This document shows, piece by piece, positions 44,787-55,736 of a stretch of 64,000 nt of DNA. The stretch is from contig CAZPPW010000001.1 in assembly GCA_964588595.1 (NCBI GenBank), positions 306-64,305 on the forward strand, written 5' to 3'. Position 1 is the stretch's first letter. Each line of letters starts with the position of its first letter. The notes below the pieces were generated by a model that was given only the letters and a program-made list of their open reading frames with translations, was not told where the DNA came from and did not search any database. Source of the DNA: an uncultured Marinilabiliaceae bacterium. Lineage in GTDB: Bacteria > Bacteroidota > Bacteroidia > Bacteroidales > Marinilabiliaceae. The translations under genes and the position numbers were made by a program.

Positions 44787-46190
44787 CTACTTGCCAGCAG
44801 ACGAGCCGTTGTGGCGCAGCACCTCAAGCTTGGCGGCATTCTCGGCCACCTTCTTCTCCGAGAGAGGATAGGCGGCGATGAAAATGACGCTGAGGATAGT
44901 GCCAACGGCGGGCAGAAGCGACAGGCACATCTTGATACCGTTGATGGTGTCGGGGCTCTGCGCCTCATTTGGCACGAAACCAAAGGCGGCAAGGAGCCAT
45001 CCCGTGACAGCCGAGCCTATAGCCCAGCCGAACTTCTGGCTCATGGACGACGAGGAGAAGATAAGGCCTGTGGCGCGGTTGCCCGTCGTAAGCTCCGAAT
45101 AGTCGGCACAGTCGGCATACATGGACCACAAGAGCGGGAATATTGCGCCCGCACAGATGCTGATAAGCACCTGGAACACGAATATAAACACAAGCTGCTC
45201 CTTGGTGAACCAGTAGAAGACGATGCTCAGAACCGTGGCAAGTGCCATAGCCCCGAGGTATGTGTTCTTCTTGCCTATAACATTGCTGATGGGGGCGGCA
45301 AGGACCACGCCAATGATGTTGGCGAGCTGACCAAGGCCAAGGTATAGGGCGGAGAGGGCGAAAGTAGAGCCGAAGATGCCGACCTTATTGGCCTCACTCT
45401 CCTCGATGAAATACTTGAAGTAGTAGACCGTGGCGCCATCGCGTATGGAGTTGAACACCAGGGCGGCTACACCCGCGCCAAGCAGAATCCACCAAGGACG
45501 GTTGTGCACAAGATCCTTGAGATCCTCACTCACGCTATTCTCCTCAACCTTTATAGGGCGAATACGCTCCTTGGTGAGGAAAAAACAGCCAAGGAACAGG
45601 GCCACGCACACAATGGCGAAGCACGCCACGGCCTTAGTCCATGCCGACTGCTGAGCCGCAACGGGCGCACCCTCCACACCCCCGAAATACTCCACGACCT
45701 TCATGAAGAAGAAGAGCGCGGCGAAACTACCAAGGTAGGCGAATGCCATGCGGAAAGTGGAGAGCACATTGCGGTCCTTAGGGTCAGGGCTCATGACACC
45801 AAGCAGCGAGGCGTATGGCACATTGATGGCAGAATAGACAACCATCATCAGAGAATACGTCACGAAAGCGTAGACCACCTTGGCGGTATGCCCCATCTCG
45901 GGCGTAGTGAAGGTCAGTATGCCAATGATGCCAAAAGGCACGGCAAGCCATAGGAGGAAGGGGCGGAACTTGCCCCACTTAGTCTCGGTGCGGTCGGCCA
46001 CGACACCCACCACAGGGTCGACAAAGGCATCCCACACGCGTGTGACGAGGAACATCGTGCCGACAATGGCGGCGGATATGCCGAACACGTCGGTGTAGAA
46101 GACCATGAGATAGGCACCAAAGAGCTTCCAGAACATGGACGACGCCATGTCGCCGAAGCCGTAGCCTATCTTCTCATGTAGCTTGACCAT
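44787..46190 (-). CDS. glycoside-pentoside-hexuronide (GPH) family sugar:cation symporter
   Basis: 467 aa, 12 TM. N-terminus KIGYGFGDMASSMFWKLF...D.F.D is typical of the GPH/MelB-like family. Confidence 0.85.
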   Translation of the reverse strand: MVKLHEKIGYGFGDMASSMFWKLFGAYLMVFYTDVFGISAAIVGTMFLVTRVWDAFVDPVVGVVADRTETKWGKFRPFLLWLAVPFGIIGILTFTTPEMGHTAKVVYAFVTYSLMMVVYSAINVPYASLLGVMSPDPKDRNVLSTFRMAFAYLGSFAALFFFMKVVEYFGGVEGAPVAAQQSAWTKAVACFAIVCVALFLGCFFLTKERIRPIKVEENSVSEDLKDLVHNRPWWILLGAGVAALVFNSIRDGATVYYFKYFIEESEANKVGIFGSTFALSALYLGLGQLANIIGVVLAAPISNVIGKKNTYLGAMALATVLSIVFYWFTKEQLVFIFVFQVLISICAGAIFPLLWSMYADCADYSELTTGNRATGLIFSSSSMSQKFGWAIGSAVTGWLLAAFGFVPNEAQSPDTINGIKMCLSLLPAVGTILSVIFIAAYPLSEKKVAENAAKLEVLRHNGSSAGK

Positions 46191-46195
46191 GGCGA

Positions 46196-47413
46196 TTATT
46201 TCTTAACAGGGGTAAGGCGAACCACATAGACGTCGTGCGACTCGACCTCGCGCACAAGGGGCTTGGTGGTGTCGCCAGCGTCCTTCTTGCCAAGACAGTC
46301 GCGGAGCTTATATGTCTGCGAGCCACACTTGACCTCACGGTTGGTAAGGCTGTCCTTGACATACTTGTTCCAGTCGTAGTTGAGGGTGCGTTTCTGCTCG
46401 GTCATATTGACGAAGGCGAATGCCCACTCGTCGTTATCGAGAGGCTTAACCCATACCTCGAAGCCCTTATCGTTGAGGAAGCAGAAGCCCATCACGCCGA
46501 GTTTATCCTGGTCGATGGCTATGACCTCCTTGTTGGTGACGAGTTCGAGGGTCTCCTTGCTCATCTTGCGGATGTCGTTGCCGAGGATGAGAGGCGAGGC
46601 GAGCATGCTCCACATCACAAAGTGGGTACGGTCTTCGGCAGCCGACATACCGTTGCCCACCTCGAGCATATCAAAGTCGTTCCAGTGGTCAGGGCCAGAG
46701 TATTTGCGTATATCGCCACGCACACGGATTATAGGCCACAGGCCGAGCTTAGCCCATCCGCCATAGTTCTCCTGGCAGTCCCAGCAGCGGGCAATGTCGC
46801 CCGAGATACGCCATGAGTGGCCAATTTCTGCGCCCCACTCCCACGACTTCTCATCGCCCCACTCGCAGATGTTTAACACCATAGGGCGACCAGCGGCATA
46901 TATGGCGTCGCGCATGATGGTGTAGCTGGCAGGGCCATCTTGCGTGGAGTGCGAGCACCAGTCGTATTTGAGGAAGTCGACACCCCACTCGGCATATTGG
47001 CGCGCGTCGAGGAACTCATAGCCGCGTGTGCCAGGATACCCGGCGCAAGTCTTAGTGCCGGCGCAATTGTACATGCCAAACTTGAGGCCTTTGCTGTGGA
47101 TATAGTCGGCCACGGGCTTGATGCCGTTGGGGAACTTCTTGCGGTCGGGGACGAGTCGCATAGTCTGCGGGTCGCGCTCCATCTCCATCCAGCAGTCGTC
47201 CATCACGACATACTCGTAGCCGGCATCTTTAAGACCGAGCTTAATGAACAGGTCGGCAGTCTCCTTGACGAGGTTCTCGTCGATGTCGCAGGCAAAAGTG
47301 TTCCAGCTGTTCCATCCCATTGTTGGGGTCATAGCGAGTCCCTCGAACTTCTGAGCGTTGACTGTGGTGGTGGCCAAGAGGGAGGCGGCCAAGAGAAGTC
47401 GGTTCAGTTTCAT
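46196..47413 (-). CDS. GH27 alpha-galactosidase
   Basis: Signal peptide, then PTMGWNSWNTFACDIDE, YVVMDDCW and LKYDWC motifs. Confidence 0.9.
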   Translation of the reverse strand: MKLNRLLLAASLLATTTVNAQKFEGLAMTPTMGWNSWNTFACDIDENLVKETADLFIKLGLKDAGYEYVVMDDCWMEMERDPQTMRLVPDRKKFPNGIKPVADYIHSKGLKFGMYNCAGTKTCAGYPGTRGYEFLDARQYAEWGVDFLKYDWCSHSTQDGPASYTIMRDAIYAAGRPMVLNICEWGDEKSWEWGAEIGHSWRISGDIARCWDCQENYGGWAKLGLWPIIRVRGDIRKYSGPDHWNDFDMLEVGNGMSAAEDRTHFVMWSMLASPLILGNDIRKMSKETLELVTNKEVIAIDQDKLGVMGFCFLNDKGFEVWVKPLDNDEWAFAFVNMTEQKRTLNYDWNKYVKDSLTNREVKCGSQTYKLRDCLGKKDAGDTTKPLVREVESHDVYVVRLTPVKK

Positions 47414-47426
47414 GATGATATGCGAA

Positions 47427-48578
47427 TTATTGGTTATTGTCTTGTGGTTTTGGGGCGATGCCCTTCTCGTTGAGGAAAGAGACGAGTTCGCTGGCTATCT
47501 CGGCTTGCTCGGCCATGTTGGGGTGGCTTGAGCCGCCGCTGTTGAAGCTACGCTCGTAGATGTGATAGGGTATCTCGCCATTCTTGCCGGCTATGCCACG
47601 GCGCGCAGCCTCGTCGGCTATGGCGGGGAGCATGGAGCGGAAGAAGGTGCGGAGGGTGTCGTTGGCCATGGGGCTGGAGATGAGGACAACCTGGGCGTTG
47701 GGGTTCTTCTCGTTGAGGTGGGCAATGAAGTCGACATACGCGCCTACGAATGCGGCAGAGTCTTGCACACCGTCATTCTGCCCGAGGGCACTGACGATGA
47801 TGTCGGGCTGATAGGAGAAATCGTAGTCCACCTGGTTATCGACGAGGTTGACCTTGTCGTAGGTCTGCGGCAGGACATACTTATGCTCACAGCAGCTGTG
47901 CATCAGGCCTATGCCCGACACTGAGGCGAGAGACCATTGGGCATTGAGGGTGCGGGCGGTTATGGGGCCGTAGGCGTAGTAGGCGCGATGGTGGTCGTAC
48001 CATGTGCCTTGGCCGAAGGGAATCTCACCGTCGTACATATCCATGCCGCTGGTGATAGAGTTGCCTATGAACTCCATCTTCAGGTTTGTGTCGGGTTGCC
48101 ATTTGCGCAGGGCTGGGGCGGCAACGCGGGTCACTTGGGTATAGCCCATGCCGCACTCTGTGTCGCGGGCAATGAGGACGTTGTGTATGCCAGCGGGCAG
48201 GCTGTCGGCCACGGCGATAACCTTGACGGCAGTGTCGGTGGGGGCGGGAGTCTGCGGCCGACCGATAGTGAGGCGGTTGAGTTGCCCAAGGGTGCGGACA
48301 CGTGCCACGGACTCGCCATCGACAACAACCTCGAAGTAGTTGTAGCCGTTGCCGTAGAGCTGCTCATCGCGTATATCGACCTCACAGCCGGAGCCGTGGA
48401 AGCCGAAGGTGAAGTATGCCGCCGCGCCCCATTGACGTGGGCCAAGGGAGTCGGAGCGGTCCACACGCCCTATGTAGGTTATGGAGTCATCGAAGCCGGA
48501 GACTATGTGCGGCTCGGAGGTGCATGCCACCGTGATGAGGGCGGCAGCGAGGGAGAAGGAGGCGATAAGGGACTTCAT
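47427..48578 (-). CDS. SGNH-hydrolase carbohydrate esterase (CE2-like layout, putative acetyl-mannan esterase)
   Basis: Lipoprotein signal, N-terminal beta-sandwich-like half, then FIGNSITSG (Ser block I), GQNDG and a C-terminal SHP. Confidence 0.7.
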   Translation of the reverse strand: MKSLIASFSLAAALITVACTSEPHIVSGFDDSITYIGRVDRSDSLGPRQWGAAAYFTFGFHGSGCEVDIRDEQLYGNGYNYFEVVVDGESVARVRTLGQLNRLTIGRPQTPAPTDTAVKVIAVADSLPAGIHNVLIARDTECGMGYTQVTRVAAPALRKWQPDTNLKMEFIGNSITSGMDMYDGEIPFGQGTWYDHHRAYYAYGPITARTLNAQWSLASVSGIGLMHSCCEHKYVLPQTYDKVNLVDNQVDYDFSYQPDIIVSALGQNDGVQDSAAFVGAYVDFIAHLNEKNPNAQVVLISSPMANDTLRTFFRSMLPAIADEAARRGIAGKNGEIPYHIYERSFNSGGSSHPNMAEQAEIASELVSFLNEKGIAPKPQDNNQ

Positions 48579-48585
48579 GGGGATG

Positions 48586-49770
48586 CTATTTCAGGTCGAT
48601 ACGGGTCAGAACCTCGATGAGGGCGCGGCTATTGTGGTAGGGGCATTTCCAGAAGCCCGCCTTGACATCCTTGTAGACATCCTGGCCTTCGCGGTTGGTG
48701 CGCCATAGCCATTCGCCCTTCTTGGTGTCGATGATATGCTGGCGTATGAAGCCCCACACGAGAGCCATCTTCTCGAGATAGCTGTTGTCGCCCGTGAGAC
48801 GCCATGTGTCGGTGAGGCCTACCATAGCCTCGGCCTGTGGCCACCAATGCTTGTCGGTGTCGAGGTGGCCGTTGACCTTCTCGTAGAATATAGAGTCGCC
48901 ATCCCATCCTTCGGCGAGGGTCACGTCGGTGAGGCGTTTGCATATAGGCTTCAGTTTCTCCATACGCTGAATATCGCCTATGACCTCGGCGGCCTCGTAG
49001 AGCAACCATGCGCCCTCGATGTCGTGACCGTAGGAGTCGATATGGCTCATGACGGTCCAGTCCATGTCGAAGAAGAGGTTGAAGTGGCCAGTCTTCTTGT
49101 CGATAATCTTGTCGGTGAAGATGTCGAGGCAGTGTATGATACTCTCACGCAGCTCATTGTCGGCCTTAGCGCGGTAGAGGTTGGCGTAGGGCTCGATGAT
49201 GTGGAGGTGTGAGTTCATGGACTTGGGGGTGTTCTCGTCCTTCTCGCTGAGGCGCACGTCGTCCATGGGTTTCCAGTCGGCGGAGAGTGCTTCGGTGTAG
49301 CCGCCATATTTGGGGTCGCGGAAGTGCTTCTCGATGAGGTGGTAGGTCTCCATGGCGAGGTCGAGAGCCTCGGGGTCTTGGCTCATGCGATAATACTCAG
49401 AGAGGCCGTAGATGCAGAAACCTTGCGCGTAGGCTTGCTTCTTGGTGTCGACTGGGTTGCCCTTGGAGTCGAGCGACCAGAAGAAACCGCCGTTATCCTT
49501 GTCGTAGAAGAAATCGCGGAGGTAGCAGAAGGCACGGTTGGCGGCCTCTTTGTACTCCGGGCGGCCGAATATGCGTGCGGCGGTGGAGAAGGACCATAGT
49601 ATGCGGCCGTTGAGTATGGCGCCCTTCTCGGCGTTTGGCTCAAGGTCGCCCTCTTTGTCGCGTCCACCATAGAAGCCACCATACTCATGGTCTTCCATCT
49701 TGCTAATCCAGAAGCTCATGATGTTGGCATACTCTGCCCTCATCTGCTCCCTTATCTCTCTGATGTTCAT
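48586..49770 (-). CDS. cellobiose/mannobiose 2-epimerase (N-acylglucosamine 2-epimerase fold)
   Basis: 394 aa with AGE-family alpha/alpha-barrel repeats. Sits next to GH130 and GH26, as in characterised mannan pathways. Confidence 0.85.
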   Translation of the reverse strand: MNIREIREQMRAEYANIMSFWISKMEDHEYGGFYGGRDKEGDLEPNAEKGAILNGRILWSFSTAARIFGRPEYKEAANRAFCYLRDFFYDKDNGGFFWSLDSKGNPVDTKKQAYAQGFCIYGLSEYYRMSQDPEALDLAMETYHLIEKHFRDPKYGGYTEALSADWKPMDDVRLSEKDENTPKSMNSHLHIIEPYANLYRAKADNELRESIIHCLDIFTDKIIDKKTGHFNLFFDMDWTVMSHIDSYGHDIEGAWLLYEAAEVIGDIQRMEKLKPICKRLTDVTLAEGWDGDSIFYEKVNGHLDTDKHWWPQAEAMVGLTDTWRLTGDNSYLEKMALVWGFIRQHIIDTKKGEWLWRTNREGQDVYKDVKAGFWKCPYHNSRALIEVLTRIDLK

Positions 49771-49807
49771 CGTCTTGAATGCTTAATGAAGCCGATAGGG
49801 GCTAAAG

Positions 49808-50824
49808 TTATTTCTTGTTTTGGAGCATCTCCTCGAGAGTGAGTGTCTCGGGTGCGTTGTAGATGTCCATACGCTGCTGGTAGTCGTTTTGGACTTCGAG
49901 GAACTCGCACCAGCACATGAACCAGCACCATTTGGGTTGCTGACGGCAGATCTCGGGAGTTGGGAGTTTGCCGACCTCGCCCCAAGCGATAGGCTTGCCA
50001 TTGGCGAGTTTGAGGAGGGCGTCGTAGTCGCGCTTGTCGTAGTTGTGGTTGTAGATGTCGGTGGCGAGGATGTCGACCACGTCATGACCGGGGAAGAAGC
50101 CATCGTAGCTCATGACGTTGGGGGATCCCATCTCGTTGCCGTTGAACACCCAGAGGAGGTTGTTGATGTGGTGGAAGTTGGTGAGACGGTCGTAGAGCAT
50201 GCGGTAGAGCGTCTGGTAGCCGTCTTTGCCTGGGCGCACACCCCACCAGAACCAGTCGCCGTTCATCTCGTGATAGGGGCGCCAGATGACGGGGACTTTG
50301 GCATCTTGGAGTTGGCGGAGGAAGTAGGCTATGACGTCGACTTGGGCTTTCCAGCGGTTGTTGAGGGCTGTGCCGTCGGTGGTGAGCTCTTTCCACTGGT
50401 CGTCGGTGAGCTTGCTTTGTATGCCATTCTCGCCTTGCCATGTGGTGAAGTTGGCGTCGGTGGTGGGAGGTACGGCGTGCCACATGAGGGTTATGATGGC
50501 ACCTTTGGCATGCCACTTTATGGCGTTGTCGACAACACGTTGGCGGAAGTTGACGCCGTCGAGGGAGTTGGGTTTGCTATAGCCGAAATCTTGTCCGAAG
50601 ACAGCGGGGTGTGAGCCGTTGGTGAGGTTCTCGACGCGCTCCATGTAGATGTCGGAGAATAGGGGGTAGCTGTGTTGACCGGTGAGGACACCGTTGCCGC
50701 TTTGGGCGTAGATGAACTTGAGGAGGTCTTTAGCCTCTTGCGTGGCGTTTGGGTTTACGGGGCTTTGCGCCATTGCGGCGGTCAGGCCGAGAGCCGCGAG
50801 TGCGGCGGTTAATATCTTCTTCAT
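49808..50824 (-). CDS. GH26 beta-mannanase
   Basis: Signal peptide, WRPYHEMNGDWFWWG (acid/base Glu) and IAWGEVG (nucleophile Glu). Confidence 0.9.
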   Translation of the reverse strand: MKKILTAALAALGLTAAMAQSPVNPNATQEAKDLLKFIYAQSGNGVLTGQHSYPLFSDIYMERVENLTNGSHPAVFGQDFGYSKPNSLDGVNFRQRVVDNAIKWHAKGAIITLMWHAVPPTTDANFTTWQGENGIQSKLTDDQWKELTTDGTALNNRWKAQVDVIAYFLRQLQDAKVPVIWRPYHEMNGDWFWWGVRPGKDGYQTLYRMLYDRLTNFHHINNLLWVFNGNEMGSPNVMSYDGFFPGHDVVDILATDIYNHNYDKRDYDALLKLANGKPIAWGEVGKLPTPEICRQQPKWCWFMCWCEFLEVQNDYQQRMDIYNAPETLTLEEMLQNKK

Positions 50825-50870
50825 CGGTTATGAGTATTGCTTAGTGTAACAAATATAGTGAAATAAGGGA

Positions 50871-52283
50871 CTATTTGGCGACTTGCGGGCCGAAACATGA
50901 GGCTTGTATGCCATTCTTGCCAGCGAGGTTGGGGAAGGCGTCGTCGGCCCATGCGTAGCGCACGGAGAGGGGTTTCTTAACCTCACGTGAAGAGACTATC
51001 ACGGAGCCGTCCTTCTGGAGTTTGCCTGTGGCCTTGTGGAACACGCCGTCGGCGCCAGCCAGCTCGAACCAGTCGGCGGTCTTGGCCTTATCGGCGATAT
51101 GGAGGTCTTGGGCGTTGTCGAAGGTGACGATTATGGCGTTGCCCTTCTTGTTGAGCGTGGCACTGCGGAATAGGGGTGCTTTGTAGTCGAAGCCTTGCTT
51201 GCCGTAGGCCTCGGTGAGGATGGCGTTGGCGAAGCGGTTGCCGGCCTCGACTTTGCGTTTGGGGTGGATGTCTTTGAGGTCGCACAGCTCGCCTATGACC
51301 ACGAAGCCGGAGTTGGGGATTAGTGCGGCGGCTTGGCGTTGTTGGTCGCGGACTATCACTGCCATGCCTGGGGAGTCGTATTTGTAGGGGGCGATTTGTG
51401 CGAATATGAAGGGGAGGTTTTGAGCGTCGTAGAAGTTACGGCGGCATTGTGCGACGAAGATTTGGAGGAGTTGGGAGTAGGCGTCGGCGTTCTCGCAATT
51501 CTGCTCACCTTGGTACCATGCCATGGCGTGGAACTTGAAGTTGGCGAGGGGGTAGAGCATGGCGTTGTAGGCGAGTGCGGGGCGCACGGGACCCCAAGAG
51601 ACCTCGCTTAGGCGGTCGTTTATGGCTTTGAGCTCGGGGTCGTTGAACACCTCGGCGGGCATCCATGTCTCGATGGGCGTGCCACCCCATGAGGCGTCGA
51701 CTATGCCGACGGGGCAGTGGAGCGTGGAGCGGAGTTTGCAGGCGAGGACGTAGCCTATGGCGGAGAAGTTGTTGGCGTTTTGTGGAGTGGTGTGAAGCCA
51801 TTTGCCAGTGAGGTCGTGGTTGGGCGTGGGGGAGGTGCGGTAGTCGACGCGGAACATGCGGATGTCGGGTTGCGTGGCTTGCGCGAGCAGGGAGTCGCCG
51901 CCAATCATGCCCCATGAGGGGGAGAACTCCATGTTGCTCTGGCCGGCGCAGAGGATGACCTCGCCGATGAGGATGTCGTTGAGGGTAATGGAGTTATAGC
52001 CGTTGAACTGTATGGACTGAGGTTTGTCGGTGGCGGCGGGGGTAGGGATTTCGAGTTGCCAAGTGGCGAGGTTGGTGGGGTTGACCTTGTAGGTGGTGGT
52101 GTCCCAAGAAGTCTTGATGGAGACTATCTCGTAGGGTTTGGCCCATCCCCAGAGTTTGACTTTGGAGTTTTGCTGGAGAACCATGCCATCGGAGAGAATG
52201 GCGGGGAGGGCGACATTGGCCGTGGCGGATAGGGAAGCAGCGAGGGCTGTGAGGGCCAGGGATAGGGATTTTAGTGACTTCAT
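50871..52283 (-). CDS. sialate-O-acetylesterase-like (SASA/DUF303) carbohydrate esterase
   Basis: The internal ATG at 52283 gives signal peptide MKSLKSLSLALTALAASLSATA. GQSNMEF Ser motif. Confidence 0.75.
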   Translation of the reverse strand: MKSLKSLSLALTALAASLSATANVALPAILSDGMVLQQNSKVKLWGWAKPYEIVSIKTSWDTTTYKVNPTNLATWQLEIPTPAATDKPQSIQFNGYNSITLNDILIGEVILCAGQSNMEFSPSWGMIGGDSLLAQATQPDIRMFRVDYRTSPTPNHDLTGKWLHTTPQNANNFSAIGYVLACKLRSTLHCPVGIVDASWGGTPIETWMPAEVFNDPELKAINDRLSEVSWGPVRPALAYNAMLYPLANFKFHAMAWYQGEQNCENADAYSQLLQIFVAQCRRNFYDAQNLPFIFAQIAPYKYDSPGMAVIVRDQQRQAAALIPNSGFVVIGELCDLKDIHPKRKVEAGNRFANAILTEAYGKQGFDYKAPLFRSATLNKKGNAIIVTFDNAQDLHIADKAKTADWFELAGADGVFHKATGKLQKDGSVIVSSREVKKPLSVRYAWADDAFPNLAGKNGIQASCFGPQVAK

Positions 52284-52388
52284 TTGGGACGTATAAAGAG
52301 TTAGACTATTAGATTTGGCAAAACGGACGTGGTGCCCAAAGGACCACATCCGTTAAGAAAACTACAAACTAAACAAGTTGCCTTAGAA

Positions 52389-53570
52389 TCACTTCAAGGC
52401 GTTATTCTTGTCGACGAGCGCGTTGATGTGAGCCACAGACGCCGCGGAGTAGAGTTCGTCCTGGGGCGAGTTGAGGCAGTAGTCGAGGAGCTGGTCGATT
52501 GTTGACGTAGCCACGTGCATGCGGGTGTCGCTTGACGCGTAGTAGATGAAGACCTTGCCGTCGGGGTCGGCGATCCAGCCGTTGGAGAATACGACATTGG
52601 AGACGTCGCCGACACGCTCGGAGCCGTAGGGGGCGATGAAGTGTCCGGCGGGTTTATGGGTGACAATCCAAGGTTTCTCGAGGTCGGTCAGGAACATGTA
52701 GAGGACGTAGCGCAGACCTGCGGCGGTGTTGCGTACGCCGTGAGCGAGGTTGAGCCATCCGGCTTTGGTCTTGATGGGGTGCGGGCCCATGCCGTTTTTG
52801 ACCTCGTAGATGGTGTGGTAGGTCTTGGCGTCCATGATGTACTCGTCCTTGACCTCGGCACGACGGATATCGTCGCAGAGACCCCAGCCTATGCCGCCGC
52901 CTGAGCCGGTGTCGATGAAGCCGTCTTGTGGGCGTGTGTAGAATGCGTATTTGCCGTTGACGAAGTGTGGGAAGAGGACGACGTTGCGTTGCTGTCCGGC
53001 GTGGCTTATGAGGTCGGGGAGGCGTTCCCAGGACTTGAGGTCTTTGGTGCGTGCTATGCCTGCGGCTGCCACTGCGCTGCTGGTGTCGCCTGCGGGTGCA
53101 TTGGGGTCTTTACGTTCGGAGCAGAACACGCCGTAGATGTAGCCGTCGTCGTGCTGTGTGAGGCGCATGTCGTAGACGTTGGTGTCGGGGTTGGCTGGCA
53201 CTTGTGGCATGGTTATGGGGCGTGGCCAGAAGCGGAAGTTGTCTATGCCGTTGGGGCTTTCGGCCACGGCGAAGAATGATTTGCGGTCTACGCCCTCGGT
53301 GCGCACTACGAGGAGGTATTTGTCGCCAAGCTTCATTGCGCCAGCGTTGAGAGTGGCGTTGAAGCTGATGCGCTCCATGAAGTAGGGGTTGTCGGTAGGG
53401 TTGAAGTCGTAGCGCCACTCGAGGGGTACGTGCTCGCGCGTTACGACGGGGTATTTGTATTTGTTGTAGATGCCGTTGGTGCTGAAGAGCTGCTCGTTGG
53501 GGCGCGAGATGAGAGCCTCGAAGTCGGCAGTCACCTTAGCTTTGCGCTCGTCGAAGAGATTGTTGCTCAT
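52389..53570 (-). CDS. GH130 4-O-beta-D-mannosyl-D-glucose phosphorylase
   Basis: 393 aa, cytoplasmic, beta-propeller pattern typical of GH130 subfamily 1. Sits next to the epimerase, GH26 and symporter. Confidence 0.88.
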   Translation of the reverse strand: MSNNLFDERKAKVTADFEALISRPNEQLFSTNGIYNKYKYPVVTREHVPLEWRYDFNPTDNPYFMERISFNATLNAGAMKLGDKYLLVVRTEGVDRKSFFAVAESPNGIDNFRFWPRPITMPQVPANPDTNVYDMRLTQHDDGYIYGVFCSERKDPNAPAGDTSSAVAAAGIARTKDLKSWERLPDLISHAGQQRNVVLFPHFVNGKYAFYTRPQDGFIDTGSGGGIGWGLCDDIRRAEVKDEYIMDAKTYHTIYEVKNGMGPHPIKTKAGWLNLAHGVRNTAAGLRYVLYMFLTDLEKPWIVTHKPAGHFIAPYGSERVGDVSNVVFSNGWIADPDGKVFIYYASSDTRMHVATSTIDQLLDYCLNSPQDELYSAASVAHINALVDKNNALK

Positions 53571-53896
53571 GCTTGTCGATATGTTACTTAGTTGTTGGTT
53601 ATGGGGTGAAACGTGAGGGGTTTGTCGGTCCTCTTTATTTCAATTACAAGTTTAGCGCGGATGGTGAAAGTGGGCAAATACTATCTTATCACAAGAGCGT
53701 ACGAAATGGACAAAATTGTTTAACCAATGGAATGAAAGGTGAGGGATGTGAAAATAAAGGTGAAAGTGGGCGAACTGCCAATATGGTGGTTTATAGGGTT
53801 ATGGGTGGGCGAACGGGTGAAACGAACGGGAGGATGGTGATGGTATGATTTTCTCCGAACAGAGGGGACGGGCTGGGGTGTTTTGGGGAAATGGAA

Positions 53897-53926
53897 GCGG
53901 CGCATCTCGGAGTGGAGACGCGCCGC
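53897..53926 (-). terminator. hairpin after the GH26 lipoprotein gene
   Basis: GCGGCGCATCTC / GAGACGCGCCGC stem with one mismatch, 37 nt after the stop at 53963. Confidence 0.5.
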
Positions 53927-53962
53927 GTGAGTGTGCTTGGTATTATTTTATCTTAAATAGTA

Positions 53963-55426
53963 TTATTCGAACTTGGGGAGTTGGTCGCGGGAGACGACAT
54001 ATTCGCATGACATGGCGTCGTTCCACCATTCGGTGTTGGCATGGTCGTGGCCGTCGAGGGTTGTGGCGTCGTATTTGTACCATGGCATGCAGTAGCTCCA
54101 TGTGGCGCCCTGTGTGAACTGTTGTGAGAGTTTGGCGACGTTGCCGCATTCGCTGAGGGTGACCATCTTGTTGGGGAAGTTCTCGGCGATGGCTTTGTAT
54201 TCGGCGACGGAGGCATCGAGGGAGGTGTTGTATTCGTCGCGGCCTATGATGTCGACGTACTCATCGCCGGGATACCAGTCGGTGTCGGCGAGGATACCCT
54301 TTGTGGCGTCCCATCCGTAGCCTGTCTGAGTGGTCCATACCCAGATGAGGTTGCGTATGCCTTTATCTTTGAAGTAGTTGAACATATCGATCCATACCTG
54401 CTTATAGACCTCTGCGCCTTCGCGACCCCACCAGAACCAGGCTGAGCCGCCTGAGTTGACATTGCCTGAGGCCTCGTGGAAGGGGCGCCATATTAGGGCT
54501 ATGCCCTCGTTTTGGAGTTCGAGGAGACGGTCGGCCATGAGGGCGAGATCCTCGTCGTGAACGGACTTCTCCCATGTGCCGTCGATGAACATATTGGAGG
54601 GCTTGAAGGAAGTGTCGTCGGGGCTTGTGGTCATAGAGCCGTCGGCTGTGGGGTCGGCGCCTTGGTAGGCTGGTACCATCCAGTGCCATGAGGCGGCGAG
54701 GATGCCACCGTCGGCTACCCATTGGCGAATTTCGTCGGTGAGGTGGTAGTTGACGACCCAGTGTTTGTTAGTCCAGTCGGAGCGGTTGGTGTAGAGGTGG
54801 ATGTAGTCCATGGTGGCGATGGCGGGGTATTTGCCGGTGGCTTGGAACACGAGGTTGGCTTCGTTGAGGTTCCAGGAGACGTTGGCCATGGAGGCGGAGA
54901 GTGTTTTCTGTCCGTAGACGGAGAGGAGGTAGTCGTAGATGGCTTTGGCTTGTGGGAGAGGGTCGGAGGTGACGAGGGATTGTGCGAGGCCTTCGACGGG
55001 GATGGTGGTCTGCGCCTTGGTGGTGAAGGTGACGGAGTGTGCGGGTACGGGGGTGCTGCCGTTGGTGGAGATGAAGAAGCCGGCGGGAATGGAGAGGGTG
55101 TATTGCTCGCCCATCTTGAGGGTTGAGGGGATGGAGAATGTCATGACGTTGGCCTTTTTGGAGAAGGCGGTCATGGAGCATTGTGTGCCGTTGAAGTCGG
55201 CGTTCTGGCCTGATACGAAGTTGACCTCGGCGGAATAGGTGAGCTGGATTGAGGTGGTGGAGATGGGGACGTCGGTCTCGCCGTTCGCCGGGGAGGAGGA
55301 GGTGAGTGTGACCGTGGAGGAGTTGCCTGAGGAGCTGGAGTCGCCGTTGTTGTCGCTTGAGTCGTCGCCACAGGCGAGGAGCGCGAGTGGGGCGAGAAGT
55401 GCTATGAGACTATTTATGAGCTTCAT
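53963..55426 (-). CDS. GH26 beta-mannanase lipoprotein with N-terminal Ig-like domain
   Basis: Lipobox LLACG, a Ser-rich linker, WRPFHEASGN...AWFWWG and TLSECG. Confidence 0.85.
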   Translation of the reverse strand: MKLINSLIALLAPLALLACGDDSSDNNGDSSSSGNSSTVTLTSSSPANGETDVPISTTSIQLTYSAEVNFVSGQNADFNGTQCSMTAFSKKANVMTFSIPSTLKMGEQYTLSIPAGFFISTNGSTPVPAHSVTFTTKAQTTIPVEGLAQSLVTSDPLPQAKAIYDYLLSVYGQKTLSASMANVSWNLNEANLVFQATGKYPAIATMDYIHLYTNRSDWTNKHWVVNYHLTDEIRQWVADGGILAASWHWMVPAYQGADPTADGSMTTSPDDTSFKPSNMFIDGTWEKSVHDEDLALMADRLLELQNEGIALIWRPFHEASGNVNSGGSAWFWWGREGAEVYKQVWIDMFNYFKDKGIRNLIWVWTTQTGYGWDATKGILADTDWYPGDEYVDIIGRDEYNTSLDASVAEYKAIAENFPNKMVTLSECGNVAKLSQQFTQGATWSYCMPWYKYDATTLDGHDHANTEWWNDAMSCEYVVSRDQLPKFE

Positions 55427-55639
55427 GGTTGTAGGATTTTGCGTTTAAGTGGTGCTAAGGTAGTGAAAAGAGTTGAGAGGGAGGGCATAATGTTAAAAAG
55501 TCATTAGTGATTGATGAGAATGTACAGAGAGGTAGAGTTCGTGAATCAGAGGAGTTGGGCGGGGTTGGAGAGGAGGAAGTGGAGAAATTATGTATAGTAT
55601 AAGATATTGGGGTATAAGCGGTTGGAGTGTCGGGGGGAA

Positions 55640-55705
55640 ATTTATTAGATATGGTGAATAGATTTATTAGGTATGGCGAAATAATTTATTAGATGTGGTG
55701 AGATA
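55640..55705. repeat. 3 x 22-bp tandem repeat ATTTATTAGRTRTGGYGARATA
   Basis: Units at 55640, 55662 and 55684. Confidence 0.85.
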
Positions 55706-55736
55706 AATATGTGGAGGGCGGGAGATGGGGGTTTGG